Below are positions 26,551-39,505 of a DNA stretch of 64,000 bases, piece after piece. The DNA comes from Hydrolagus colliei (Eukaryota). Numbering within the stretch: the stretch's first letter is position 1; every line of letters begins with the position of its first letter. The notes beneath the pieces are model-generated. The model did no database searches. It saw only the letters and a list, made by a program, of their open reading frames with translations, and was not told where the DNA came from. The DNA is taken from contig CM068748.1 of assembly GCA_035084275.1 (NCBI GenBank), positions 2,914,001 through 2,978,000 of the forward strand, written 5' to 3'. Both the position numbers and the translations under genes were made by a program.

Positions 26551-27849
26551 GTGGTGGGGGGTAGGAGGGTGTGTGATGACTGAAAACATAGTGAAAGAAG
26601 AATGGACCTTGAACAAGGTGAGGGATGGAGGGAGCAAGTTGGAGGGACTCTGAGATGGAGTTCCAGAGAGCGGGGGCAGAAAGGCTTTGGGGTGGGGGGT
26701 TGAATTTGAGTGAAGGGAACAGCCAGGATAGCAGACATTGATTGCAGAGGTTGGGTGGGGGCAAGAACGTGGATGGATTTCAAGGTAAGTGGCTTACAGC
26801 CAATAATAAATAAATATTATTGTACGTTCAAGGTAGGTTTAGTTTTACTTGATTCTAAAATGTCAAATGTAAGTTATTTCATATTCAGAGATGGACTTGA
26901 CTGACAAGATACTTCACATTGCTAACAATGAATTCAAACATACTAGATTATATATAACACTTACATGTAATCAAGTTGTTTGAGACCAGCATCACAAGAG
27001 TTAAAAATACAGACACAGTGCAAAAGTCAGTTAAGATCTTTTGTCAACCACTTAAAATGGAAAATATTCAAGCCAGAACTAGTTTTGATGTAAATAGGAT
27101 GTTGTAAGCTAATACACCCTTCAATTCTCCTGTAACAGACTACACCCTGATCCCAAACTGTATGTGTGTGTGTACATTCCGCCCAAACTTTTCATGAGTA
27201 ACTCAATGATTTATTCCTGTGGTTAGCAAGATTTTTTTAATTAGTTCATCTTCAAACATGGTTGGCAATTTAAAAAATTCCACTTGTTATTGTGACTGGA
27301 AAACTCTATGCAGAAAAGATCTAAGTAGCAAGCAATAGGAGATTGTGGCTACTCGAAGACATGAGGTGATTTGCACTTTAAAAGTGCACATTCGGTACAG
27401 ACACAGACAGGAGGGGTGATTAAGAGGAATGTCCAAAATAAATAGAAATACTGCATTACTATCTTACACTATTGTTGCATCCCATTAGAAAAATCAATAT
27501 TACAATAATATTAATATTCCAAAGTATAACTTCAAACAAAGCGTATCTGTCATCTTGAATTGTATTGAAAGTTTCTGCTGCTGATTAGTTCAGTCCCATC
27601 AATGTTTGGGTGAATTGATGACATCTAACGGTCAAATCCTGGACAGTTGCTGCAAGTTGAAATTTACTTTAAAATTATTTTCCCCCTTTTTATCTTTAAA
27701 TAAGTCACTGCACCAGCATCAAGCCTGGCAGAGAGGCAGGTGGACACATACCTTGTTTCATAAAATAGTGTTGTATTGAAGAGGAAGCTTGGCAATATAC
27801 AAGTGTAATTTTGTTGTTGTTGTAGAGAGTGGGGCGGGGGTGGGTGGGT

Positions 27850-28146
27850 AAATAATAATCCTTATATTTGATATAGCGCTTTACATGTCTTCTAGACGTC
27901 TCAAAGAGCATCACAGGATATAGGATATACTGTAAAGTGAATTGACTGTATATATGTGGGTGAAATGCGCCAGCTAATTGCACACAATAGTGTCCTGCAA
28001 ACAGTCATGAATTTAAATGACCAATTTATTATTGTTTCTTTTTGAGGGATTACTATTAGGCGTGTGGAGGTTTCGCCCTGACCTGGAATTGAACCTAGGT
28101 CTCCCGTTGTAAGGCTAGTGCTCCAATCACTGAGCTACAGAACTCC
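27850..28146 (-). mobile_element. young tRNA-derived SINE with a small internal deletion
   Basis: Tail through head (cactgagctacagaactcc); lacks taaggaaacttgcccaa. Confidence 0.88.
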
Positions 28147-30283
28147 ACAAATAGAAACGGTATGTAAGGGCAGGGAGGAAACGTGGGTGGAGTATGGGCA
28201 TATACATGGACTGATTATGCCAAGTGGCAGAAACTGGAATTCTGTTGGGTGGAGAATCTTGGCCCCATTCAATGAGCACAGGCACATCCATCTATCTTTT
28301 CTGTGAATTACTGATGACACATGGCTGCTTCTAAATTTTAAAGGGAAAGGTTAATTCTGTGAGCTTTGATCCGGTTTGATAGTTTCTTCGTGCTCACTAT
28401 ATTGAGCAGCACGACGTTGAGCTGTATTTCTCAATTCTAGTCTGCCCAAGTGTATTCAGCTTTGATGATAAATATTCTGCTCTTGCAACTGTATACATTG
28501 TTATTGGCTATTATTGGTAATGAAAGCCGCAACAAAAACTATGTTAGAACCAATTGACTTGTTTTTCCCTCGCCAAGCACTTGGTGACCTTTCTCAGGTT
28601 TCATCAACGGGTTCTGACTTGAACCATGTTACAGTAGGTGTAGGAACAACAACAAATTGCGTTTATGTGGCGCTTTTCATGTCTGGACAACATGGAATGT
28701 CACAACCAGGAACAAAGCTGCATTCACTTGTCCTTGCTTTCCTGCAGGGAGACAAATTTGACTCCCTACTTTAGCTTGTACTTTTGACTCAATCCCTAAA
28801 TCCACTTCTTCATCCCAGGCCTCTCTGGATCACTTTACTTGAACCCAGTTATATTTACTTTAATGGTCTTTCTTCCTAAATTATTCCATGTACAGTACTT
28901 GTTACCTGACTTCTACCTGACTTTCCTCTTTATAATTAACTTGGTTTTATAACTGATGTCCCCAGGTGTTTGAGATCATTTATACACAAATTGAACAATT
29001 TGTCTGGATCAATGAAGTCAGTCCCCTTTCATGTCCTCAAAAACTTCAATTAGGTCACCTCAATAATGCCTCTTTTCCAAAGAGAGTGGGTATGTCTGTA
29101 TTCCTCATACCATTCCCGATGCTTGGAATTACTTTGAATACATGTCTGTTTCTGCACTCTCAAGGCTAATAGTACCTTTGTATGATTTAATGAAATAAAC
29201 TAGAAGACAAATCTCTAGATCAAGTTGAACAAGAACCTTATAATTTAGCTTCTTTTTCTTTTCAATTTGACTCAATACCTAATTTTTTTTAAATTGCAAA
29301 GCACCTGGCTGATGGTTTTACACATTTATGTACAGTAACCACTCATCTAATTTTTAATCAGCACATGAATAACTGATCCATTTAATATATTTCCTCTCTT
29401 ATTTCCTCCCTCACATCATCTTTATTTAACAATACACAATTAACTACCACGTTTCACCCACAAAATATACAATCAATTCACTTAACTGTATATTCAGTGA
29501 AGCATTATGACATCTCAAAGATGTATTAAAGCACTACAGTATATGAAATACAAGAATTATTACTGTTGCAGTTCCATAAAACCTTGAATCTGAATTTGCC
29601 TCTAGTTTGGTATAACCTGAAAAAAAACACATTGCTGAACTACTCAAATCATAAGTGTATACATCTAATTCCCACTTGAATTTGTTGATATAATTTATTT
29701 CCACTGGGCAGTTCATTATTTTCACCACCTTCTGCATAAAATGATTAGATATTTAAAGGAGAGACGGACAGATCTCTGGGTAGTTGAACTAATAATAATA
29801 CTTACATTCGGGATCAGACTCTGCCACTATGAAGCGCTCTAGTATCCCGTGTGAAGGGCGATGTATAACTGCAAGTTGTATAGTGCCTTTCAAGTTGGGA
29901 GAACATCTCAAAGTGCTTCACAGGATATACTGTAAAGTGGAGTTACTGTGTGTTTTGTGGGCCAACACTTTTAAGGTTTTGATGGAAGAGGTACTGAGAC
30001 TGAAAGATCCAGAGGAACTATTCTCCCATGTTCCTCCATCTAAAACTGACCGTTTACCTTCTCTCCCCTACCCTAGAGTATAGGGATAAAACATCCTGAA
30101 GGATTCTACTTTTGCAGACGGGAAAAATCTTCCAGATTGAAAAACAGCAAAATGTGCTCATGTACAGTGATCCTTTGAGATGATTTGATGAATGGGCTGG
30201 TCTGAAATTCTCCTCGTTAAAACTCTCACCAGCATTACAGAACACTCAACAGTAACACGGACGCGAATAATACTTGGAATATT

Positions 30284-32061
30284 TTTAATTCTTTATATTT
30301 TCCACTGTTAACACAAATTGTTGAAGAAATATAGAAAGATTGACTTCTTTTTTTAAAAAAATGATTTTACCTGCAATTGGAAACCATCACTGCACAGCTA
30401 CCGAAAAACGTTTCAAGTGTAAAAGGTTTAACACGAGTCATGTTAACCCAACATGGCTGCACACAACATCTGACCAACAGAACAGCAAGTTTTATGACGT
30501 ACAATTTAACAAACTGTAATAAAGCGCTTTCTAGATTAAATGATAACACTTCAGCCTAAAAGAAAGTCTAAACAAAGTTTTTCACACACAAATACATTTG
30601 ATCTCCATCACTGGGTGATGACCCACCTTATATGGGGTATGTTTATATCCACATGGAAATTTCCCGCTTCCCCATCCCCCCTCCCACCCCCCGCACCCAC
30701 CCCCCTCCCCCCCCACCCCCCACAATAACTCTCAGCAATGGTATGTGCTTCCACAGATTCACAGAAATGACTATCTTTGTGTGTGTTTTTTAAACTTTGC
30801 AACCTACACACGAGATGTCTGACAGAACTCTGCAAATAGAGTGGAATCACAATAAACACATAGGGTGTTGTTTGGATCAGGATTTTGCTTGTGTTTATAA
30901 TGAGCAAATCTACCTCAGCTCACTTGTCATTCACTCAGCAATCGATTCTTTTAAAAAAAAGACACAAAACACTTTGCTATTTGCAAACAAACGAAAGCTG
31001 TCTTTTACAAGAAACTGTTCATGTAACATGAGCTGCTGTTTTTAAGTGAAATCAGGCAATGCATTTGATGATATCCAGTGTGATGAGCATTAAAATGTAA
31101 TACAGATTGGGAATGTTTATGCCTGGATTGGAATTATGCTTGGATAGTAGATCGATCTGGATTGATTCTGTGTAACAGGAGTTGATGGGAATGGACGTGT
31201 AAAGTTCTTTCTTTGCTTAGATCAGATATCCATTTACTTAACAGTGAATGAAACAGCTAATCAGTCTGTTTTGTAGAACTCGGGTACTGTAAGAGCATCC
31301 AATCCAACCACACCACACAGATCTGCACTGGGTGCCACATCCCCTATTACAGTTCATCGTCTTAGACAGCCTGATTGTGGTCTAATAAGAAGAAAATGAC
31401 TGATGTTGCACAAACGACTAAGACTATGGGAATATAATAGACTCAGATGTCTAGACAAAAACACATTTGATGCGAGTTTATATAAAATTGTCACATCGTG
31501 AAATAAAAGAACATTTTTTGTGTGTTCATGAAATGGGAGCCTTTGAGGAACAAATGTTTAAAGTCAAACTTGCTGACAAATCATACAAAAGGGTTTGTTC
31601 CTGAGATGAAGGGAAACGTTTCAAGCTACCTCACTATTAAGATTGCACACCTAAGGCTACCATTTTCTGTCAAGAACACGTTTCACTCTCGTCACCTATA
31701 AAACACTTATCTCAAATGATATAAGAAAAAAAAATATCTACCCAGCAAAGTCTCATGATAAACAGAGAAAAGATATGAAGGAACATAGAGCACATTTATC
31801 AATGGGGGACATTTCATCAGAAAACACACTTTTCAAAATACTTCTTAGTTTCTGTTGAGTGAAGGGAGTTGTCTTGGGTCGAATGCAGCTTTTATCCCCA
31901 ACCATGGATAACACTGTAACATCCCAAACTGGCAGCTGTAAAGAGTACAAATTCTTCAAAGAGTTTCAGGTCTCAATTATCCTATAAATATTCCATTTTT
32001 ATAATGATGCTTTCAGTGTCTCTTGGTCCCAACCTTGTTACTGGACAAGCTCTGTAATCCA
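30284..32061 (-). other. CTBP2: probable CTBP2 3' UTR (end uncertain)
   Basis: About 1.8 kb with no recognisable repeats downstream of the TAG on the minus strand. Candidate ATTAAA polyA signal (tttaat on +) at 30284-30289. Confidence 0.55.
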
Positions 32062-32361
<300 letters not shown>

Positions 32362-33128
32362 TCAATGAGAAACTCGGAAATCACACTGGAGAAAGCAATA
32401 TAACGTTTCTGTTCCAATCGCTTACATGTACCCTTAAAAATCCACATTCCAAACAATTGCATTCTAGATACAGACACCACACCCCAATAGCCTAGAGTTA
32501 CTGAAGTAAAAGTTAAGCATTCTGTCTTGGCAATTGAAAAGTAGTTCAAAGGCAGTTTTTTTTTTTCACTTACCTTTCACCAGCTATATAGTGCTTTAGA
32601 GAGATGGTTAACAGCCTTTTCTGCCCACTTGAAGTCAGGAGGCTGCCTGCAGCTGGCTGAAATACATGGCAAACTTCAAATATCAACACAAAATGGGGCT
32701 TTTTAAAGCAGGAGTACTTAGAAAGTTTGTACTTTAAATCTGTTATTGGTTAAACAGAAAATAGGAGTTTGTCTGGTGCTAAAGGCCATTGTGCACTCTG
32801 TGCTGAGAGAAAACCCAAACTAAACGCACAGAACTCCTTGATTCCAATTTTTTCCAGCCAGCAAAATGATAACCTCTTGATGTCAGTCAGCTGTTAACCA
32901 TCTCTCCAAACCTTTAGGTTCCCAGACTAGCAGGACACACCTGAAATTCTGACAGCTAATGGATCCCCGATTGAAACCCAGTTGCTGAAATTCTCAAAAT
33001 TCTCTACTCAAAAGCTTTACGTTTTATTAAGTAACTGAATGCTGCTCCCTTCATTTAATATGAATTGGTGTCTGAATGATATAATGAGCTGGAAAAACAA
33101 TGCAATGTGGCTGGCAGATACACTGAAA

Positions 33129-33280
33129 GAGGTACAGTGTGACAGTAAGCCTAACCGTGAGATCAATGTGACTGTAATCCTTATGAGGGAGATGAGTGTT
33201 ACTGTAAACCTTAACAGGAGATCAGTGTGACTGTCAGGCTCAAAGGGAGATCAAGGCGACTATGGAACTCAAGGGGAGAC
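33129..33280. repeat. degenerate 29-30 bp tandem repeat, about 5 copies
   Basis: Units start at 33129, 33159, 33189, 33218 and 33247; approximate consensus GAGATCAGTGTGACTGTAARCCTYAAxAGG. Confidence 0.8.
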
Positions 33281-33599
33281 CCATTAATGGGGTTTATTCT
33301 GCAAGATTTGCTAAAAGATTTGTAGATAACAAATGCCCCAGGCATCCTGTGGGACACTGCTTGAACACTAAGCTGTTTCGATTTCTGTAAAGCTAGATTG
33401 CATTCAACAGAAGTTCTTGATGCCAGGAGAGAGAGAGAGGAGAGATACACATTGCCCAACAATGAAGTGAAGTTCCAGGGGGTCGACCTGAGACACCTCC
33501 AGGTGTCTTCATCTTTCGCTACTTGCCAAATCTATTTGAAATCTGACCAATTAGGCACTAAATAAATGTCATTGGTGAAACTGCAGAAATGTTACTGTA

Positions 33600-33865
33600 G
33601 AACGTAATGCGCAAATCAGATTCGAAACCTCCTGACCGTTTGGGAACAAAGGAAGGTTTAGCCCACCGAGTCTGTTCTACCAGTTTATTAAATCTTGTCG
33701 ATTTGTTAATCCTAATGCCCTTCATTCTTGCCATAACCTTCACTACCCAACTATCTTTTAATTTCCATTACTTGTCAGAATTTCAATTTGGCATTAGCAT
33801 CACTGGGTGGAAACTTAGTTCCACACTGACCACAGGTAAACATTTCACCTTTGAAGCATTATTTT
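33600..33865 (-). mobile_element. CR1 LINE 3' end, degenerate
   Basis: On minus: gtgtggaactaagtttccacccagtgatgct...ggaaattaaaagatagttggg...cagactcggtgggctaaaccttcctttgttc, a CR1-like terminus. Confidence 0.65.
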
Positions 33866-35619
33866 ACCATGCCATCGATAAAATAGTCAAAACTTAGCAC
33901 AGGAATGCGCTGCATTCAATCATTACTTTGAGTTTGATGTACAGTATTTTGAAAAATATTTGGTTGTATATGGAAAATCTCGAGTTTTCTCTGAGAAAAA
34001 TGAGTGCAATTCTGACCTTAGAGGGGATAGGAAAGGAATTAATGGAGGCACTAATGGCAGCAGGTTGAAGCCATGAAAGCATTGCAACTACAGGAGTCTG
34101 TTCTGATCAGTAAGCCATCTACAGTTTTACAATAAGAGTCTGCTTATCCTTGTTAGTGTTGTCCATTATTCAGCGTCACCACTTGTAGTCACTCACTCTG
34201 CCACCACAGAAAGTCCTCTTTCAGCCTTGAGACTGGCAGCAGGCTGGGATGTAAACTACTCCTTGTCATTCACTGGTTAAACACCACAGGGCTCTCACCC
34301 ATCTAGTTATTCCGCTGCCCCAAAATCAGTGTTTCACTGCCTTCCTGAAGACTGTCAAGGTTGGAACTCTGACTCAAGACCTTCCAGATTATGACCAGTC
34401 AGTCAGCCAGTCAGCGATAGGCACAAGACCCCAAGGCCTAGCTTTAATTAGCGGAAAAGGGAGCAGGTTATAATGTTGTAATGTTCCAGCTTTAGGAGAA
34501 AGCTTTTCCGTTAAATCTACACATCAAATCTCATTATTTCATAACGGCAATGTTTCCACTGCGATGGGACGTCAAAGTCATGAGGTGCCAATAGAATATT
34601 CCAATAATATTATCTTATTATGTGTGAATTTGAATAAAAATAATGGTTGAGAAATAACCATTGCTGCTAAAGGCTGTTGTCTGCTTTGAGCCTCGTGACA
34701 AATTCCCCAGTCTCCTGTGGACTAGTAGCTGATACTGAGGACATACAATGTCACCAACAACAGTCACTCAGTCTCTGACAATGCCTCGTGTGATATGTTC
34801 ATCCCTGTTGTAACAATTCTGCAGCTAATTACAGATTACAATCTCAGAGAATGATACTCCCCCATCCATTACAGATTGCAGCAATTCACATTTCTCATTC
34901 AATACAGGATGAATGGATGGATGCACAAACAGACATCTGTGCTGTTTAAAGGCAGGGTGTGGCAACAGATATGAATTTTGGTAGATTGCTGTGAGAGGTG
35001 GCCTGGGAGTCCCTGGATGAGGAGCAATGCCATACTTTTTTCACAGAGCCTGTATGTAAGTTCTGCGCCTCACCAGTTTCCCAGCTTAGCTAAACCTCCT
35101 GAACAACGGTTACCAGTTCTTGGCTGGACCCCAAATTGAAAGGATTTGTGATTATGAAGCAGCCTGCCTTGGGAGGGAAAGGTTCAATGTAGAGAATAAC
35201 TAGGGATGTCCATTCAGCCCCTAAAATCCACACCTTTTCTTAGGTGACACTGAAGAGGTATTTAATTGCATGATTGGAGCAATCTCTACAAACTGAAGGA
35301 GGTGAGATGGTACAATTGGCTTTGTGGCAAAAAAAAGGTAGAGAAAGGAGCTGACTTTAATTTCTAAGTGTCAGACCTATTCTGAAATGTACTTTTTAGA
35401 AGGCAGGATACAAGAGTGACGTGGTGTAAATTGTATCTCTGACACACACACTGGGCAGGCTTACTGGGAGGCTCACAACAGGCCTCAATACTCCCTGGGT
35501 TAACAATGGGCAAAATTGTCTTGGTTTCCTGCCCTTGATAGCAATCCAATGACACCTGCTGGAAGAGCACGTATGATGATGGTGGTGAGCAGGCCAGAAC
35601 CTCAATGAGCTCAACTATT

Positions 35620-36160
35620 AACAATTCCTGTCATGTCTTCACATCCAGACTCGATTACGCCAACGCCCTGCTTGTCGACCTCCCCAATTCCTCCCAGAAC
35701 TCTGCAGACCATGTCCTCTCCCAGGTCAAGCTCCACGATCCTATCACCCCCCAATCTCGCCTGTCTCCACTGGCTTCCCAACACTCAAGAGGATTCAAGA
35801 TCCTGGTACTCAACTTTAAAGCCCTCCATGGCTTAGCCCCACCTTATAGGTTGCATCCTACCTTGGCAATCTCCTAATCCCCTACCAACCTGTGAGCTTC
35901 CTCCACTCAGTGGGCTCTGGCCTAAGCTCCATTTCCACCTACCCCAACACCAGCCTTCAGCCTCTCTGCCCCCAACCTTTGGAATTCCATCCCGCAATCC
36001 CTCCACTTTGCATCGGTCACCCCCCACTCCTTCCCTTCACCCTCTCCGATCCTGACCGAGTCCGAAACACTGACTGTCCAGCGCCTTGGGACGTCCTCCC
36101 AACGTGAAAGGCGCTATACAAATGTAATTTTGTTGTTGTCACTGTTGTTGTTGTTGTTGA
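35620..36160 (+). mobile_element. L2-clade LINE 3' fragment (~540 bp)
   Basis: HVFTSRLDYANALL...LHWLP...FKILVLNFKALHGLAPPY is a classic L2 ORF2 C-terminus. Tail: gcgccttgggacgtcctcccaacgtgaaaggcgctatacaaatgtaatt(ttg)n. Confidence 0.92.
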
Positions 36161-36358
36161 AAGGCCAGCTGACACGGCTGGCAAAATGAATAGCGGCCAC
36201 TTGGGTGAATTACCGAAGGAGTGTCTGAGGTCTTTGGAACTGTACTCCGGAAGAAGGAAGGAAGAAAAAGAAACCAGACACATTCAAGCGTCGGAGTTGG
36301 GGTGTGGAGAAAATTGGGTGAGAGATAGAACAATTTGTTGATGCATCTTATCTTCCTA

Positions 36359-36559
<201 letters not shown>

Positions 36560-37597
36560 CTAACTGTTTACCTCAACACACCATTAATTACTCAAATATA
36601 CCTCTCCACATTTTGACTGGCATCCTTACCAACCCTCTGAATGCACTGCGTTACACACACCTATTTGCTAAATCAGTAAAGTTATCGCTCATTTTCACAA
36701 CCATATATCAATCAGCGATCTAATTGTTAAAATTGTTCCTTCAAGTAGATCTAAGGGCCCCTTGGAAACTCTTACCACTGACAGGATCTCAAGATGCCCT
36801 GAGAACCACTGTGAACCAGATGCTTTACTGGGTGCAACGGAAAGCAGCAGCATTCATTTGGGGATGGGACAGAAATGCGGTCAAAGCCTGTGAAAGGCAT
36901 AAATAAAACCACTGTTGCTTCTTGGCAGTCAGTGGGCTGCAGGCAGGGAGTGTCCCTCTGGGGAAAGGCGCGTTCCAATCCAAAACAAAAGGAAATCTCC
37001 ACGCATCTATGACATGCAGATACAAATTCAATCTGGGTTCAATACTCTTATATAGGATGGTGAGAGGCTTTATAGGTGTCTGACACACAGGTGACACCTG
37101 GCTGACCCCCCAAAATAATTGAAATCATTGCCAATCAGTTCAGGCCAGCATTAGGATTTGCCCGTCACAGGTATAAGCGATTGTCTCGTGATTGCTTACA
37201 CTGAAGAAAGATTGAATAGTAGGAATGGAATAGCTTCTAGTCCAAACCAGCAGGTCCTAAAGACTGAAAGTCAGCAGGCTACAACAAAACCTTACAAGAT
37301 TTATCTTACAGATAAATTGGCTTCAAAATCGTGTCTGAATTCCAACAATTTGCCAAATTCTGGAACGCTTTGTGAAATGCTGCATAAACAGAGTAAATCT
37401 AGGTGGAACTGCTGCCTAGGCATCTGCTTCACCACCGCTGAGAAAAGCCACCCCACATTATAAACCAGGTGAATTCTACGGCTCCGTACCCTCTACGTGT
37501 GACAGAAATATGGATACAAGAGAAAACAAAAGGTCTGAATGATTAAAGTATGGGTCAACGAAGGGTCAGCATTGGGATCTGTCAGAAACCTTCCTCA

Positions 37598-37912
<315 letters not shown>

Positions 37913-37921
37913 TCAAATAAA

Positions 37922-37954
<33 letters not shown>

Positions 37955-38529
37955 AATCTCGGTAGAGATGCACACAGGCCAGTCACAACCACCAAACCAG
38001 CCTCTGCAATCATATCAAATCCAGTGAGGCGCAATTTGCCCTGGATTTTCATTTTTTAAACACAAACAGATTTTTATACAATATATACAATCTTTGACAT
38101 GAAACCAGATGAAGTCAACATTTCCAATAATGAGACCGGTAACCAAGTAATGAGTTTTTCCCCCCCCGCCCTCTACCCCAGAAAGCCAAGATAAATTGAA
38201 GAATAGAAAAATTTATGGCTTGAATTATTAAACCTGTCACAACTCAGTCCAAATATATCCACTCATAAATTGTATCTCTCTTCCTGGAAGTTTGGGGTCA
38301 AAGGTTCATCTCACAATGATGCTCTTATTGCGACAAATTCCTGCTGCACAAAAGTTTCCTGGAATTGACTATTTTATATTTCACTGAGATTGCCACTCAC
38401 ACCCCCAGCACAGTGTGACTGCGATGTCTGGGGACACATGATTCCTGTCAACACTGCAGCTCTGAGAAAAACAATTGAGGGCAGGGGAAGGAAGTATAAC
38501 ATGTGATATTGTGACCTGGAAATAAAGTG

Positions 38530-38870
38530 AGATCAAGAGCAGTCGCTAGATATCTCAGGCCAGTGGAGTCTGCCGAGCGGAGGGAGTCGACAGGTTGATG
38601 AGGGGTTAGCAGGTTGGAGAGTTAAGAGGAGGTAATGCCGTGGAGTGCCTTGAAAGGTGAGGATGAGGAATTTTATTTCAATCCTCTAAGGGATGGGGAG
38701 TCAATGGAGCTAGGTGAGGGTAGGTGTGATGGGAGTAAACGGAGCCTGATGTGGGAGAGGACACGAGTTGCAGAGCTATGGATGATCTGCAGCTTGTGAA
38801 AGGAACAGTTGGAAGGCCGACAAGCAGGCAGTTGGCATGGTCGAGCCTAGATGTAATGAAGGCACAAAGA
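38530..38870 (-). mobile_element. older L2 ORF2 fragment
   Basis: On minus: gccttcattacatctaggctcgaccatgccaac...attgaaataaaattcctcatcctcacctttcaaggcactccacgg (SRLD, FKALH motifs). Confidence 0.75.
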
Positions 38871-39084
38871 CATAAACAGAATAATGGACCTCTGGGAGTG
38901 ATTGCTAGGCACTCGTTCTAATCCTAGATAAGATGATAAACCAAAAGAGCAAAGCTTGAGCAATTTCTATCCATCATCTCAAATACTGGATTTACACTGC
39001 TTTGAAATCACTCCTACATATCATTTTCTTAATATAACATACGTAAGAACAAACTTTTTTTTAATAGCACATTATCACGTTGCA

Positions 39085-39505
39085 ATTGAATTCAAGATCC
39101 TGGTCCTCACCTTGAAAGTCCTCTAAGCCTCCTCACTCTAGCTTTGGGACCTCCTAACCCCTACCAATCTGCCCACTTACTCCGCCTTAGTGGGCTCCAG
39201 CCTGCTCTGTGTCCCCAGAACCCCCGCCCCACCATCCGTGGGCGAGTATTCAGCCACTCTGCTCCTAATCTCTGGAATTCCATCCCACAGTCCCTCTGCC
39301 TTGTCCCCCACCTAACATCCTTCAAGCCCTCCCTCAAGACCCTCTTCTTCGATAGTCCCATCAGTCACCATAAATCCCCTCCTTTCCCTCCATCTTCCTC
39401 GATCCCTACCCCAGCTCGGATCTGAAACAATGACTAGTCCAGTGCCTTGGGACGTCCTCTGACATGAAAGACGCTATACAAATGTAATTTTGTTGTTGTT
39501 GTTGC
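39085..39505 (+). mobile_element. L2-clade LINE 3' fragment
   Basis: IEFKILVLT...RVFSHSAPNLWNSIPQSL...SFKPSLKTLFF and the family tail. Confidence 0.9.

Noticed and set aside
33129-33280. CRISPR-like array
   Set aside because: The units are contiguous and degenerate with no unique spacers, there are no cas genes, and the context is a vertebrate intron.
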